64,000 nt of DNA from an uncultured Bdellovibrionales bacterium (GCA_964609855.1 CAZSTB010000007.1:94-64093); one strand, 5' to 3'. Shown: positions 47,797-59,274, counted from the stretch's first letter. Numbers and translations: made by a program. Notes: a model not told the origin generated them from the letters alone.

Positions 47797-50061
47797 TTAA
47801 TTGTTTATTTTTTTTAAAGCTTCGATTTGTGATTTAATATTCTCAATATCTTCTTTTAATAATTGATTTTGATGATCCTGCTCTTCAATTTGTTTTTGCT
47901 GTTCTTTGATTGCGCTCAGTAAAATAGGGGTCATCTTGGAGTAGTCCATACCCGTAACATACCCTGGAGCATCTTTATCCCAAGAAACAACTTCGGGGAA
48001 ATACTTACCAACTTCTTCGCCAATAAATCCAAGGTCTTTTTGTCCACCATGTTCTTCATCCCAGTTATAGTATACAGCTGAAATATTATTTATTTTTTCA
48101 AGAACATTGTCCAGTTCCATCACATTTTTCTTCCAGCGACCAGAAGAAGCTGCACCATAATTTACGCCAGGTCCTGCAGCATAAAAATCATATGCCCATC
48201 CATTTCCATAAACACCCGTACTGCCAGCATTATTACTAGACCCATAGACACCATAAGTCGTACCATCACCAAAAACACCCGCTATATTTCCCATTCCATA
48301 TATACCATAATCGCCTACGCCATTTACTCCCTTAGTACCACCCACTAGAGGAGCCTCTCCTGTAACTCCAGTATTCGTACCTACTCCATATGCTCCATAT
48401 GCTGACCCCGTATTGGCATATAATGCCGTATTTGCATAGCCAGCTGCACCAATACTCAATTTTGAAAGTGGAGCACTTGTTCCAATTCCAACATTACCAG
48501 TTCCAGTAATGAGAGCGTATCCCGATCCTGAGGTAAAGTAACCACCAGTTCCGCTTATAGCTGTACCATACACACCAATTCCAGTTGCCCTATTTTGTGC
48601 ATCCCCCCAAACCCCAGTCAAGCCTTGTCCAACCACTCCAGCACCTCCGGTAGTGTTTTGATTAAAACCATAAACACCCTGAGAAGAAACTCCAGAGCCC
48701 TGACCAACAACTCCAGTACCCCCATATCCATAAATACTCCAACCGGCTTGACCATTACCACCGACACTCAACTTTGCAGCAGGCGCTGCAGTTCCAATTC
48801 CCACATTCGTTCCGTTATCGAAAATCTGAGAATTTCCAATCGCAGTTACACTTGTTAATTTAGGAATATAATTTGCGGTTCCACCTCCAGTTATGGTTCC
48901 GCCACCACCAACCGGCCAACTATTTATACAACTAGCTCCAATACAAAATTGGGTATTCGCCCTGACAGTTGTTGCTTGCATTTCGCCTGGCGCATAAACA
49001 TTACCCGCGCCATATGCCCTAATCCAAGTGTTATCAGTCATATTCCATCCGCCGCCATGATCTTGGAAATAAAATCCGGAATCGCCTTGTGCCCTAAACC
49101 AACCATTGGCATATATGGTGCTAACTTGAGATGCGCCATTTGGATCAAGATAATAACCGGAATTATTAGCATCATAAAAAATTGCGGCGTATTCAGCGCC
49201 ATCAGAACCGCTATAATGATTTCCTTGCCAATTGTTTAGTGAGAGCTTGCCACCAAGAATATTGGAAATCCAGTCGCCAGCCCATGCCATATAGATATTG
49301 CCATTACTCGCATAGTGGTTTCCATACTGCCATGAATCCCAGTTAATACTGTTTGCAGCAGTTGGCCAACTGGCTATACAACTTCCTCCAATGCAAAAAC
49401 CTCCATCCCCCCGTACTTGCCCAGCCGTGTAAGAGTTTCCATTAGTATAAACACCCCAAGAAGAACTTGGATAACCCAAATATGTATAGTAACCAGAATT
49501 GTTTTCAGCATACAATCCCCCGGTATTTTTAAAATATCCACCCAAACCGATACTACTGAGTAGTGTTGTGCCGCCAGTTCCATTTATCGTAACTTCACCA
49601 TGCGTAATCAGCCCCCCATCAAGATCAAGGTTGAATAATTTAGAGTTTCCATATGGATCAACCTTATAGTCACCATTATTCACATCAACAAACTGACTGC
49701 CATAAGAATATCCGTTCGCCCAAATATTGTGCGCTGCCAAACCCTGTCCGCCATAAACGCTGCCGGCCGCATCGCCGACATATAACCATGGCCCGCTAGA
49801 ATTCAATGACTGATTACCTATTCCAATCCCACCCGTGCCGTAAGTTCCCCCGCCGGTAATTTTCAGATATCCCGCCTTGGTTTGTGTGGCAGTACCTTCA
49901 TTTATCGGTGCGCCAATGTTTCCACCTGGAGGATTGGTTGTCGGCTCAGTCCAAGCAGAAACCATCCTCACTGATTGAAGTACAAAAAAGACAAGCGCTG
50001 CCAAAGTTAGATAGTTAATAGCTTTTTTAACCTTTCTTTTGGATTCTTTTTTTATTTCCAT
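47797..50061 (-). CDS. Secreted fibre/adhesin-like protein with C-terminal peptidase S74 chaperone domain
   Basis: Signal peptide, NVGIGT and GVYG repeats, SSGRWKKNV...GFIGEEV..FPEVV...DYSKMTPILLSAIKEQQ, coiled coil. Confidence 0.85.
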   Translation of the reverse strand: MEIKKESKRKVKKAINYLTLAALVFFVLQSVRMVSAWTEPTTNPPGGNIGAPINEGTATQTKAGYLKITGGGTYGTGGIGIGNQSLNSSGPWLYVGDAAGSVYGGQGLAAHNIWANGYSYGSQFVDVNNGDYKVDPYGNSKLFNLDLDGGLITHGEVTINGTGGTTLLSSIGLGGYFKNTGGLYAENNSGYYTYLGYPSSSWGVYTNGNSYTAGQVRGDGGFCIGGSCIASWPTAANSINWDSWQYGNHYASNGNIYMAWAGDWISNILGGKLSLNNWQGNHYSGSDGAEYAAIFYDANNSGYYLDPNGASQVSTIYANGWFRAQGDSGFYFQDHGGGWNMTDNTWIRAYGAGNVYAPGEMQATTVRANTQFCIGASCINSWPVGGGGTITGGGTANYIPKLTSVTAIGNSQIFDNGTNVGIGTAAPAAKLSVGGNGQAGWSIYGYGGTGVVGQGSGVSSQGVYGFNQNTTGGAGVVGQGLTGVWGDAQNRATGIGVYGTAISGTGGYFTSGSGYALITGTGNVGIGTSAPLSKLSIGAAGYANTALYANTGSAYGAYGVGTNTGVTGEAPLVGGTKGVNGVGDYGIYGMGNIAGVFGDGTTYGVYGSSNNAGSTGVYGNGWAYDFYAAGPGVNYGAASSGRWKKNVMELDNVLEKINNISAVYYNWDEEHGGQKDLGFIGEEVGKYFPEVVSWDKDAPGYVTGMDYSKMTPILLSAIKEQQKQIEEQDHQNQLLKEDIENIKSQIEALKKINN

Positions 50062-50190
50062 ATTTTATTTTTTAATTAATATTATTATATCACATTTCAT
50101 AAATCACTGCAAATTGTTTTAAGTAAAAAAGTAAACAAAATAAAAAATAGGCACAAGCCTATTTTTTAAGAATCTTAAATTTTACTCAAC

Positions 50191-51273
50191 TCATGGTGCT
50201 ACCTCTCGCCATGTGCCAGTTTGTCTGCCTTTGCACTGATTATCTTGCGTGCATTCTTTTTTTATACAAACATCAGGATTGGTAGTAGCAACTGAAGATG
50301 CATTACATACCTGAGAGCCGCAAGTGTAATCAAAGCAAGCCGTAAAGATGTTTCTAATTTCCGTTGTTGTTCCCATAGAGTTTGTGCATTCAACCTTGTA
50401 AAAAACATTTGGAGCGCTTTGATCTAGATTGGTAATGTTGTCCACATTCGGACTTGGAGATACAACTGTTTCACTAAATTCTCCAGCGCTTTGATATGTG
50501 ACACCATCCTCACTCCAACTTTCACTGCATTGAGTTGCGTCATCAACTCTCCATGTGAGTTTAACTAAGTCCGTTTTTGTTTTCCAATCAGGAGTTGCAA
50601 CGATATCAATAACCGAAGGCGAGGCTGCAAATGTAATCATTGGCGTAACCTTTGCTTTTATCTCAAAAGCAAATGCGCCCAAACCTTGAATGGAGCCGTT
50701 TTTAATCTCCTCACCATTCCAAGCATAACCAGTAAGTTTATTGGTAACGGGATTTACCTTGACGCCATATCCAGCTACGGCTGTGTCCATTTGAATCCAA
50801 CCCTCCCATCCACCAGAATTGCCAATTGCTGAAGCTTCTGCAATTGAGACTACTCTCGCCCAGCCTTTTAGGTTATCGCCTACGCGCGAAACTCCTGTAG
50901 TAGCGTTTCCATCAGGGTTGTTGCAAGAGGCGGCTTTGTATTGCTGTTTTGTTGTATCTGGAATTCCGGTTGTGCAATGTTCTTGTGGATTGAAATCAAT
51001 CCAACCATAATTTGAAGACCAAGCAAATCCGGTAAGATTTTCATTGCCGCCAGGCAGCATAACGCCGTATGCTGCGCCGTTTCCTGCATCAGGTGTTCCA
51101 CTACTGAGACTTATCCATCCCACCCCGGATGAATTTCCGACTAAATCAGTCGATCCGCCCCAAATCCAACCGAGAAGACTGGATGCGGCTTGGGCGTATT
51201 GAAACTTCAAAAATGTTGAAATTCCAAAGACGGCAGTAAAAATCAGAACTGAAAATAATATTTTGTTTTTCAT
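50191..51273 (-). CDS. Secreted surface protein, paralog of 45534-46724
   Basis: GFAWSSNYGWI, GWAR, GGWEGWI; C-terminal WREVAP. Confidence 0.75.
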   Translation of the reverse strand: MKNKILFSVLIFTAVFGISTFLKFQYAQAASSLLGWIWGGSTDLVGNSSGVGWISLSSGTPDAGNGAAYGVMLPGGNENLTGFAWSSNYGWIDFNPQEHCTTGIPDTTKQQYKAASCNNPDGNATTGVSRVGDNLKGWARVVSIAEASAIGNSGGWEGWIQMDTAVAGYGVKVNPVTNKLTGYAWNGEEIKNGSIQGLGAFAFEIKAKVTPMITFAASPSVIDIVATPDWKTKTDLVKLTWRVDDATQCSESWSEDGVTYQSAGEFSETVVSPSPNVDNITNLDQSAPNVFYKVECTNSMGTTTEIRNIFTACFDYTCGSQVCNASSVATTNPDVCIKKECTQDNQCKGRQTGTWREVAP

Positions 51274-51299
51274 TTTATTTTAGATGACTCGCAAAATTA

Positions 51300-52526
51300 T
51301 TAGTTTCCGTATTGCACTTCAAGCGTGCAATCTATATCGCCCTGACCTGGATCATCGTCCGTATTAGCACCCTGGAGATAAATCGTTTTTCCAGCTGGTA
51401 TATTCAAACCGACTCTGGTGGAATCTAAGGCAATGCCACCGCCACTATCGCTCAGGCAAATATTAATATTACCATTGTTGTCTGCTGTCCAAGCCGGAGC
51501 CGGAATAACACATTGGTAGGATGTGCCACCATCAGGGCCACCTCCCATATCAACTGCTGTGAGTGTACCTGAACCTGCTGAACAAGTAGGGGTACCAGTA
51601 TCCCAACTAGCGTTTGTAGATATTGGGTATACATTATTATTCACATTGTTTCTACACCCAGCAGCCGCAGACGCTTCAGATTGTGTAGCAACAAACATAT
51701 TCCCATCGCCCCAATAAGCATAGCAAAAACCATTATTAACAGCAGAAACTCTAGCTTTCATGGCTACAATTTTCTTAGATGAAACAAAAGATTTTTTGGT
51801 ATTTGCATCTATAGTACTGAAGCCCCATCCTCTTAAATCATTATGCACATCTATAGTGACGGCATCTATTTTGAACCATGAACCGGAGGCTGCAGCCATA
51901 TTTGAATTGAATGGACAGCATTTTGTTGGCGATTTCATGTAATAACCCTCTTTACACTGTGTATTCGTGGCATCAATAGCATGGCATAAACTTGCATCAA
52001 CACTTTGTTCAAGTCCCGTTGTCTGCACTGAGCCGTCGGCAAATTTCACACCGCCGCCGCCGATAACAATTCCACCTTCCGGTGTTCTTCCAAGAGCTTT
52101 AGACGCTTGTTTTTTTCCTTCGAAATGAGCTTCCTCGATAGTGCGAGCCTTGATTACGACATCCACAGCTAACTGAAGATCTATCTTATCAAGAACTCCA
52201 TCTCCCGAAATATCACCCTCCACGAATTGCTCCTTTGTGGGTGTCCATTTTCCAGTTAAAAAATTACTTGTAGTAGTTACATCGGTAATACTGAGAATTC
52301 CATCGTTATTAACATCTCCATCTCCGCCACCAATATATAAAGCGCCTTCTCTGTATTGAGCGGTATCGCCGATATTTATGGGTGCGTCAACATTTCCACC
52401 AGGAGCAGGTTGCGTTGGAGCAACCCATCCCGCTGATGCAAAATTGTCATCAGTTACGATGAAAACTGCCAACAAAACTATCAGGGATAATTTCAAAAAC
52501 GAAGATTTAAACAAGAGAGCTTTCAT
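51300..52526 (-). CDS. Secreted protein with dockerin-like Ca-binding repeats
   Basis: GDVNNDGILSITD and GDISGDGVLDKID; N-terminal WVAPTQPAPGGNVDAPIN. Confidence 0.75.
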   Translation of the reverse strand: MKALLFKSSFLKLSLIVLLAVFIVTDDNFASAGWVAPTQPAPGGNVDAPINIGDTAQYREGALYIGGGDGDVNNDGILSITDVTTTSNFLTGKWTPTKEQFVEGDISGDGVLDKIDLQLAVDVVIKARTIEEAHFEGKKQASKALGRTPEGGIVIGGGGVKFADGSVQTTGLEQSVDASLCHAIDATNTQCKEGYYMKSPTKCCPFNSNMAAASGSWFKIDAVTIDVHNDLRGWGFSTIDANTKKSFVSSKKIVAMKARVSAVNNGFCYAYWGDGNMFVATQSEASAAAGCRNNVNNNVYPISTNASWDTGTPTCSAGSGTLTAVDMGGGPDGGTSYQCVIPAPAWTADNNGNINICLSDSGGGIALDSTRVGLNIPAGKTIYLQGANTDDDPGQGDIDCTLEVQYGN

Positions 52527-52547
52527 ATTTTTCTTTTTAACTTATTA

Positions 52548-52862
52548 TTATTCAATTCCCATTTCTCTAAAGAGCCTTGCTCCTTCCTCTGCGGAGATAG
52601 CTTTTTTCTTTTCCGGATCACTCTCTGCTTCAACCTTGGCGGTCATCTCTTCAAATCTTTTTTCCAGGTCTTTTTCTGAAATTACGCTTTGCCCATCATC
52701 AGTGTTACTAGTCGATTCATTTCCATTGATCATTTTTGTGCCAGCATTTTTAAGCGCACTTCCGACTGGCAGCTTTTCTTTTGCAAGAAAAATTACCAAA
52801 CCAGTCGCTATCATAAGTAGCACCAGCAATATCCCGATTATGATTTTCATTTTACGATTCAT
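52548..52862 (-). CDS. Hypothetical membrane-anchored protein
   Basis: 104 aa, N-terminal TM. Confidence 0.65.
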   Translation of the reverse strand: MNRKMKIIIGILLVLLMIATGLVIFLAKEKLPVGSALKNAGTKMINGNESTSNTDDGQSVISEKDLEKRFEEMTAKVEAESDPEKKKAISAEEGARLFREMGIE

Positions 52863-52968
52863 TTTTGTTTGAATTATTTATTTAAATTTGAAACAGTTTC
52901 AAAGTTAGAACTAAAAAAATTATATCACAAAAATTGTAAAAAGTTAAATTGCATCTCGAAAGTAAATT

Positions 52969-52992
52969 AATTACGTAATTAATTACGTAATT
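52969..52992. repeat. Tandem palindrome (AATTACGTAATT)x2
   Basis: Identical to 20585-20608; 2 bp from the rsmI stop. Confidence 0.8.
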
Positions 52993-52994
52993 AA

Positions 52995-53669
52995 TCAGTA
53001 AACAATTATCACAAATTCCCCTTTCACTTTAGGGGCATTTTCCTGAAAATATTTCAGCACATCGCCGATTGAACCGCGCACCGTTTGTTCAAACATTTTA
53101 GTCAGTTCCCTGCCTAAGATTATTTTTTTATCCGGTGCGAATTGTTCAAGCAGTTCCAGATTTTTCAGAACTCGGTGCGGAGATTCATAATAGATAACCG
53201 GCATCTCAGAAATTGCAACTTTCTTGAAATATGTTTCGCGTCCTTTCTTGTGGGGAGGAAAACCTAAAAAACAAAATTGCTGCATGTCGATTCCCGCCAC
53301 GCTGATTATGGAGGCTATGGCGGAAGGACCCGGAATTGGCTGCACTTGGATGTCAGCAAGATAGGCAGCTTCCACTAACATATTTCCAGGATCAGAAACT
53401 CCCGGGGTTCCCGCATCAGTAACTAAAGCTACATCCTTTCCGATTTTCAAATCCTCAATTATTTTCTGAATTTTTCCGTTGTCAGAATGTTGATGAAAAG
53501 CGATGGTAGAAGTTTCTATGTTATAATGGTTCAAAAGCTTTTTAGTGACGCGTGTGTCTTCGCAAGCAATCAAATGTACCTCTTTTAAAATCCTCAGCGC
53601 CCTGAGAGTTATATCCTCCAAATTTCCAATGGGAGTAGCGACGATATACAGAATGCCATTTTTATTCAT
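52995..53669 (-). CDS. rsmI: 16S rRNA C1402 2'-O-methyltransferase
   Basis: LYIVATPIGNLEDIT, ACEDTR, DAGTPGVSDPG, YESPHR, RELTK. Confidence 0.97.
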   Translation of the reverse strand: MNKNGILYIVATPIGNLEDITLRALRILKEVHLIACEDTRVTKKLLNHYNIETSTIAFHQHSDNGKIQKIIEDLKIGKDVALVTDAGTPGVSDPGNMLVEAAYLADIQVQPIPGPSAIASIISVAGIDMQQFCFLGFPPHKKGRETYFKKVAISEMPVIYYESPHRVLKNLELLEQFAPDKKIILGRELTKMFEQTVRGSIGDVLKYFQENAPKVKGEFVIIVY

Positions 53670-53775
53670 AAAAATGAATTTATAATTTTTAATTTAAAAT
53701 TTTTAATCAATTTTCAAATTCTAATTTAAAATTTTAATTTTATTTCAAATTAAAATTTTCAAATTTAAAATTATT

Positions 53776-54237
53776 ATGATTTTAACCACTCACGCCCTCG
53801 TCGGTGCAGCTATTGGCAAGTATGTTTCAAACCCTATTGCTTTAATCACAATCCTGATTCCGCTTCATTATACCATGGATATTTTTCGCCATGGAGAATA
53901 CTTAGGGAAAAAAGCTACTTTTAAAAACACTTGGTGGAAAGTTACATTTGATCTTTTTGGTGGAATATCGATAATTCTACTTACAATGGGAATTCAAGAG
54001 ACTAATGCAGCAGTTTTTTTCTCGATCATGCTAGGCGCTTTCATTTCGATGTTTCCCGATCTCCTCACCGTACTCTATTGGAAACTAGACTTTAAATTTC
54101 TAGGAAAAATATACCGCCTTCATCAATTTGTGCATCGCTTTCCAGATGGATCTCCTGAGCGAGCATGGACATTTCGAAATGCGGTGAATGATATTATATT
54201 TTCAATTGTGGCAACAATATTCTTGCTTATTTTATAA
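53776..54237 (+). CDS. Membrane protein, metal-dependent hydrolase-like
   Basis: THALVG, HYTMDIFRH, FPD, LHQFVH. Confidence 0.7.
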   Translation: MILTTHALVGAAIGKYVSNPIALITILIPLHYTMDIFRHGEYLGKKATFKNTWWKVTFDLFGGISIILLTMGIQETNAAVFFSIMLGAFISMFPDLLTVLYWKLDFKFLGKIYRLHQFVHRFPDGSPERAWTFRNAVNDIIFSIVATIFLLIL

Positions 54238-54399
54238 ATTGCTTCGCATATTTAGATTTTAAATCTCAATGTTTTGCTCCAAGCTTATCCTCGGGACAAA
54301 ATCTAAATATCAAATAAATGACCAAATCCAAATGTCTAAATTACGATTTCGGACTTAGGATTTTATTTGTCATTTGTCATTAAGATTTTAGATTTTCCC

Positions 54400-57192
54400 T
54401 TAGAGGTATTTCGCTGTCCAGCTCTTTTTATCTTTCTTTAATTTATCTGGCGTACCCTCAAATGTAAGTTGCCCCCCGAGATCGCCGCCATCTGGTCCCA
54501 ATTCAATCACCCAATCCGCATCGCGTACAACATCCAGATTGTGCTCAACCACAATCACGGAATTTCCCTTATCCACCAAAGCATTCAGCACGATAAGCAA
54601 TCTGCGAATATCATCGAAATGCAGACCAGCGGTTGGTTCATCAAGAATATAGAGCGTGCTACCCGTGGATTTTCTTGCCAGCTCTGTAGCCAGCTTAATT
54701 CTCTGCGCCTCGCCGCCGGAAAGATTAGTTGCGCTTTGTCCAAGCTTAAGATATCCCAGTCCTACATCTTCCATCGTTTTCAATTTTTCCGCAATCAAAG
54801 GATGCTTAGCAAAAAAACGTAAAGCTAAGCGCACATCCATATCTAAAATCTGAGCAATATTAAAACCTTTGTATTCAATTTCCAGAGTTTTCTTGGAAAA
54901 TCTCGTGCCGCCGCAAGCTTCGCATTTTACATACATATCTGGCAGCAGATGCATTTCAATTTTTTTAGAACCCTCGCCCTGACATACTTCGCAGCGACCA
55001 CCTTTCATATTGAAACTGAAACGACTTGCATTGTATCCTCGGTTCTTCGCTTCTTCCACTCCTGCAAAGAGATCGCGAATGTGCGAAAATACGCCTGTAT
55101 AGGTCGCAGCATTTGAACGCGGCGTTCTACCGATCGGATTTTGATTGATGCTGATAACCTTTTTTACATATTCAAAACCTTTTATTTTTTTGTATTTTCC
55201 AGGCAAATCCTTAGTGTTATAAAAATGTCTCGAAAGCGCTTTTGCTAAAATATTTTTCACCAAAGTTGATTTTCCACTTCCGGAAACGCCGCAAATCGCC
55301 ACGAATTTTTCTAGCGGAATTTTAACGTCAACATTTTTTAAATTGTGTTCCGCTGCGCCGATAATTTCTATGAATTTTCCGCTGCCGCTACGATATTTTT
55401 TCTTATCAGAAACTTTTTTCTTTTTGGAAATATACTGGGCGGTCAAATTATTACCGCTCATCAGTTTTTTATAATCACCCTCAAAAACCACAATACCGCC
55501 CTCTTCTCCAGCACCCGGTCCCATGTCCACAATCCAATCAGCCGCTCTAATGATGCTCTCATCATGTTCTACAACTATAAGCGAATTTCCTACGTGTTGC
55601 AGATCTTTTATAGTTGCGATTAGTTTTTCAGTGTCGCGACTATGCAGCCCGATAGAAGGTTCATCTAAAACATACACGATTCCCATCAATTGAGAATTAA
55701 GCTGCGCCGCCAAGCGAATGCGCTGAGCTTCTCCGCCAGAAATAGTCTGCACGCTGCGACCAAGATTGAGATATTCCAATCCCACATTTTCCAAGGCCCT
55801 TAACCTTTGCAACACCTCCCTGATGATCGGCGCTGCAATATTCTTTTCCTTGCTCGTTGCAGACCAATTATCAGAAGCTGCAAAAAATTCTCGCAGATGA
55901 GTGATACTCATCGAAACCATCTTATCGATAGTTAATCCTTGCACTTTCACTGCTAAAAATTCTTTCTTAAGTCTTCTGCCATCGCAGACGCCACACGTAT
56001 GCGCGCTCATATATTTTTCAATTTCCGTTCTGACATAATCAGATTTTGTCTCCAAATATTTTTTCTCTAAGGATGAAATAACACCCTCAAAACCCTCAGT
56101 GCCATAAAACACGGCCTTAAATTGAACCGCTGTCAGCTTCTTAACGGGCACATCCAAAGAAAATTTATATTTCTTTGCAACGTCCTTGAGTGTCATAAGT
56201 TGAGCGCTTTGACCGGAAAGTTTTCCGCCCGCTTTACTCCAAGGCTGAATAGCACCCTCAAGTAGGGATAAGTTTTTGTTTGGTATTATCAATTCCTCAT
56301 TCACCTTTAATGTATATCCGAGACCTGAACAGGTGTCGCACGCACCCTCGGGACTATTGAAAGAAAAATGTCTTGGCGTAACCTCTTTGATTTTAACTCC
56401 ACATTGACCACAGAAAAAATCCTGGTTATAACTGCGTTCCTCGACATTGTCAAAAAGAATCTTAATAGTATTAGAGCCCATCTTCATCGCTGTTTCAATC
56501 GAATCAGCCATACGTTCAACATCCGGTTTTTTCTTATCTAAAACAATACGATCGATAACCATTTCAATGTCAGTCTGGATTTCTGAATCGTCAAGCATCA
56601 TTGCCTCAGCAACTGTAATCATTTTTCCATTGAAACGCACCCTGGCATAACCTTGTTGTCCGATATGCTTCAAAAGATCCTTACCAGTTGCCGCATCCTT
56701 CGGCTTGGCGAGAATAGCTACTTGGGTGTGATGAGAAAAAGTCAAAATCTCATCCAAGATTTCACTATTACTGCGTTTTTGCATACTTGCGCCGCATTCC
56801 GGACAATGCAGAATTCCGATTTTAGCAAACATGATTCGCAAGTAATCATACACTTCCGTAAGCGTTCCTACTGTTGAACGCGGTGAACGTGAAACACTTT
56901 TTTGATCGATGGAGATTGGCGGTGAAAGATTTTCTATCTTATCTACATCCGGTTTCACTTGCGGATCAAGAAAGTTTCGTGCGTAAGAAGACAGCCCCTC
57001 CATGTAACGGCGATTTCCTTCCGCATAAATTGTGTCGAATGCTAATGATGATTTTCCACTTCCTGAAAGCCCAGTAATCACGACGAATTTATCGCGCGGA
57101 ATATTTACATCGATATTTTTAAGATTATTAACCCTGGCACCCTTTATCACTATCTTATTAGCATTATCAGTTGAAGATTTTTTAGAAGCCAT
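54400..57192 (-). CDS. uvrA: Excinuclease ABC subunit A
   Basis: [14 protein letters not shown], zinc fingers, two ABC cassettes (SGGEAQR, LDEP). Confidence 0.98.
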   Translation of the reverse strand: MASKKSSTDNANKIVIKGARVNNLKNIDVNIPRDKFVVITGLSGSGKSSLAFDTIYAEGNRRYMEGLSSYARNFLDPQVKPDVDKIENLSPPISIDQKSVSRSPRSTVGTLTEVYDYLRIMFAKIGILHCPECGASMQKRSNSEILDEILTFSHHTQVAILAKPKDAATGKDLLKHIGQQGYARVRFNGKMITVAEAMMLDDSEIQTDIEMVIDRIVLDKKKPDVERMADSIETAMKMGSNTIKILFDNVEERSYNQDFFCGQCGVKIKEVTPRHFSFNSPEGACDTCSGLGYTLKVNEELIIPNKNLSLLEGAIQPWSKAGGKLSGQSAQLMTLKDVAKKYKFSLDVPVKKLTAVQFKAVFYGTEGFEGVISSLEKKYLETKSDYVRTEIEKYMSAHTCGVCDGRRLKKEFLAVKVQGLTIDKMVSMSITHLREFFAASDNWSATSKEKNIAAPIIREVLQRLRALENVGLEYLNLGRSVQTISGGEAQRIRLAAQLNSQLMGIVYVLDEPSIGLHSRDTEKLIATIKDLQHVGNSLIVVEHDESIIRAADWIVDMGPGAGEEGGIVVFEGDYKKLMSGNNLTAQYISKKKKVSDKKKYRSGSGKFIEIIGAAEHNLKNVDVKIPLEKFVAICGVSGSGKSTLVKNILAKALSRHFYNTKDLPGKYKKIKGFEYVKKVISINQNPIGRTPRSNAATYTGVFSHIRDLFAGVEEAKNRGYNASRFSFNMKGGRCEVCQGEGSKKIEMHLLPDMYVKCEACGGTRFSKKTLEIEYKGFNIAQILDMDVRLALRFFAKHPLIAEKLKTMEDVGLGYLKLGQSATNLSGGEAQRIKLATELARKSTGSTLYILDEPTAGLHFDDIRRLLIVLNALVDKGNSVIVVEHNLDVVRDADWVIELGPDGGDLGGQLTFEGTPDKLKKDKKSWTAKYL

Positions 57193-57471
57193 ATGTTATA
57201 AAAAATTCTAAATTGTGAATTGAAAATTGTCTAAACAATGGTAGCAGAAAAAACGTCACAAGTAAAGGCTGCTCCCTTTAAGCAAATTCTTGCATTTGTT
57301 ACGGAGCATGTTACGTAACAAAGCTTGTTTATATTATTTTAGGTGCATAAGTCAACTTAAATTATAAAACTAAAGCGCGTGCAATTTTTTAAATTTTCAG
57401 TGAGCAATAAAAAGGGCTACTAGGAATAAATTCCCAATAGCCCTTACTAGTTTCTGACTTAAAGTTTTACG

Positions 57472-59028
57472 TCAATCTTTTTTGCTGCTGATTTCATGGC
57501 CTTCATGTATGCTTTTACCGAAATTGAAACTAAGTGCTGCTCCTATTGAATTCAAATCCCGACTTCTCAAGCCACCATACATCGCGCCTTTTTTCCAAGG
57601 ATACATATCAGAAAAAAATCCCAATGAAATGAACTCTTTGTATATTATTTCCGCAGGCACGACATGCAATCTCCATGTCTTACTCCAGTCTTCGTATTGC
57701 GGACCAAGTCCTGATTTCAAGCTCCAGTTTCCAGAGGTATAGACATGACTGCCTATTAATGAAAAAGTTGGATCCATTTCCATTGCTGTTTTATCGCCCA
57801 AAGAAAACCAGTTTTCATTCATAAGTTCGAGTGTTGATTTCTGATTCAACTGATAGTGAGCTCCAAGCATTGATCCGAGCCTATAATAATTCTCCGATTT
57901 TATTGGTGTCATCTGATTCATATCTTCACTTTCTGCATTCAATTCCATCAGATCGCCAGTGGACATCGCATCCTCGCTTTCCATTGAAATCGTTTTAAGC
58001 ATCGGATCGCCATCCGAAAAAAGAACGGGATTAGATTTTTGACTGACACTCCGAAATGACTTACCTGCCATCACTTTTCCATAAACCATCCTTACCAAAT
58101 GATCTTCGCTATGATCAATATATTTAAGCCCGAGCTGCATTCCTGGCGTAATTGCTCTGATGCGAGCGTTAGAGATTTTATCCTCCCAAGCGCTCGCAAA
58201 TACTCCTACTCCCAGACTAAAATTTTCGCCAAGATTTGGAATATTTGACCAAGCCATATAATCCAGCATTCCTCCAGTCATTTCGTCAACCCTATTTTTT
58301 GACGACATACCATTAAGGGAAAGCTGATTCTCAATTCCGCTTAAAATGGAAGCGCTACGAACAATATCAGCTGCAGCTTCTTTGAGTTCTGGAACATTTT
58401 CGGACATGACATCATCAGATGTAAATTCCAAAGACGGTTCGATAATTGGTTTTTTTACCTCTTGATAAAGCTTGGCAACCATCATATCTAAGGCGCTGGC
58501 GTCCTTTCCTATTTGCGCGATAGCAATTTCTTGTTTTTCTACTTCATCAGCAGCGTCTGCAAATAAGTTAGATCTCTCATCATCTGCGTGAACAATTTCC
58601 ATATTCGCTGCAATTTCTGCACTAACATTTTGCTTTTTAGTTTCAACAATTTTACTACGGTCAACGTCATACTCAATTTCTGGGACTTTTTTCCGTTCCT
58701 CAATTTTCATTTCCTCAATTCCAGACACAGGCGCAAATTTTCTACGCAAAATTTTAAAGCCAATCCTCTTTGTAGAATTGCCCAGTTTTATGATGGCACC
58801 AGCGCGAATCTTGTCGGGATTTTTTATTCCATTTATCCGAGCAAGAAAAATAGCTTTCTTTTCGGTGCCAAAATACTTCAAAGAAATCTTACGCAGCATG
58901 TCACCTTTTTTGATTTCGTAACTCATACCTTTCACACTGTTTGCATTTTGCGAATCAGCAAAAGAATAGGAAACCATCCCGAGCGAAAAAAACAGAAACA
59001 GAAAAAATACCTTGGTCATCTCTTTCAT
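57472..59028 (-). CDS. Secreted LysM protein with C-terminal putative beta-barrel-like domain
   Basis: Signal peptide; YEIKKGDMLRKIS...NGIKNPDKIRAG LysM; GGAGG SD before 59028. Confidence 0.75.
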   Translation of the reverse strand: MKEMTKVFFLFLFFSLGMVSYSFADSQNANSVKGMSYEIKKGDMLRKISLKYFGTEKKAIFLARINGIKNPDKIRAGAIIKLGNSTKRIGFKILRRKFAPVSGIEEMKIEERKKVPEIEYDVDRSKIVETKKQNVSAEIAANMEIVHADDERSNLFADAADEVEKQEIAIAQIGKDASALDMMVAKLYQEVKKPIIEPSLEFTSDDVMSENVPELKEAAADIVRSASILSGIENQLSLNGMSSKNRVDEMTGGMLDYMAWSNIPNLGENFSLGVGVFASAWEDKISNARIRAITPGMQLGLKYIDHSEDHLVRMVYGKVMAGKSFRSVSQKSNPVLFSDGDPMLKTISMESEDAMSTGDLMELNAESEDMNQMTPIKSENYYRLGSMLGAHYQLNQKSTLELMNENWFSLGDKTAMEMDPTFSLIGSHVYTSGNWSLKSGLGPQYEDWSKTWRLHVVPAEIIYKEFISLGFFSDMYPWKKGAMYGGLRSRDLNSIGAALSFNFGKSIHEGHEISSKKD

Positions 59029-59274
59029 TGCATCCTCCGTGTTTGAGTTAAGGGTTAACAAATGATACCGAAAAATAAATACACTCCTTTATATGTTGAA
59101 TCTAAGAAAGATATATGAATTAGAAACAAGCTAAAGCAATATAATATATTAAGTTTTTAATGAACAATTGATAAAAGAACATGAAAAGCACCATAGAAGT
59201 GCCTTTCGAGTTCCTTCATTTGTATAAATAATTCAAATGATACAGGATTCGCAACCAAAAATATTTTTATGTTT

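Noticed and set aside
45534-52862. Prophage
   Set aside because: No integrase, terminase, portal or capsid genes; the proteins have signal peptides or TM anchors
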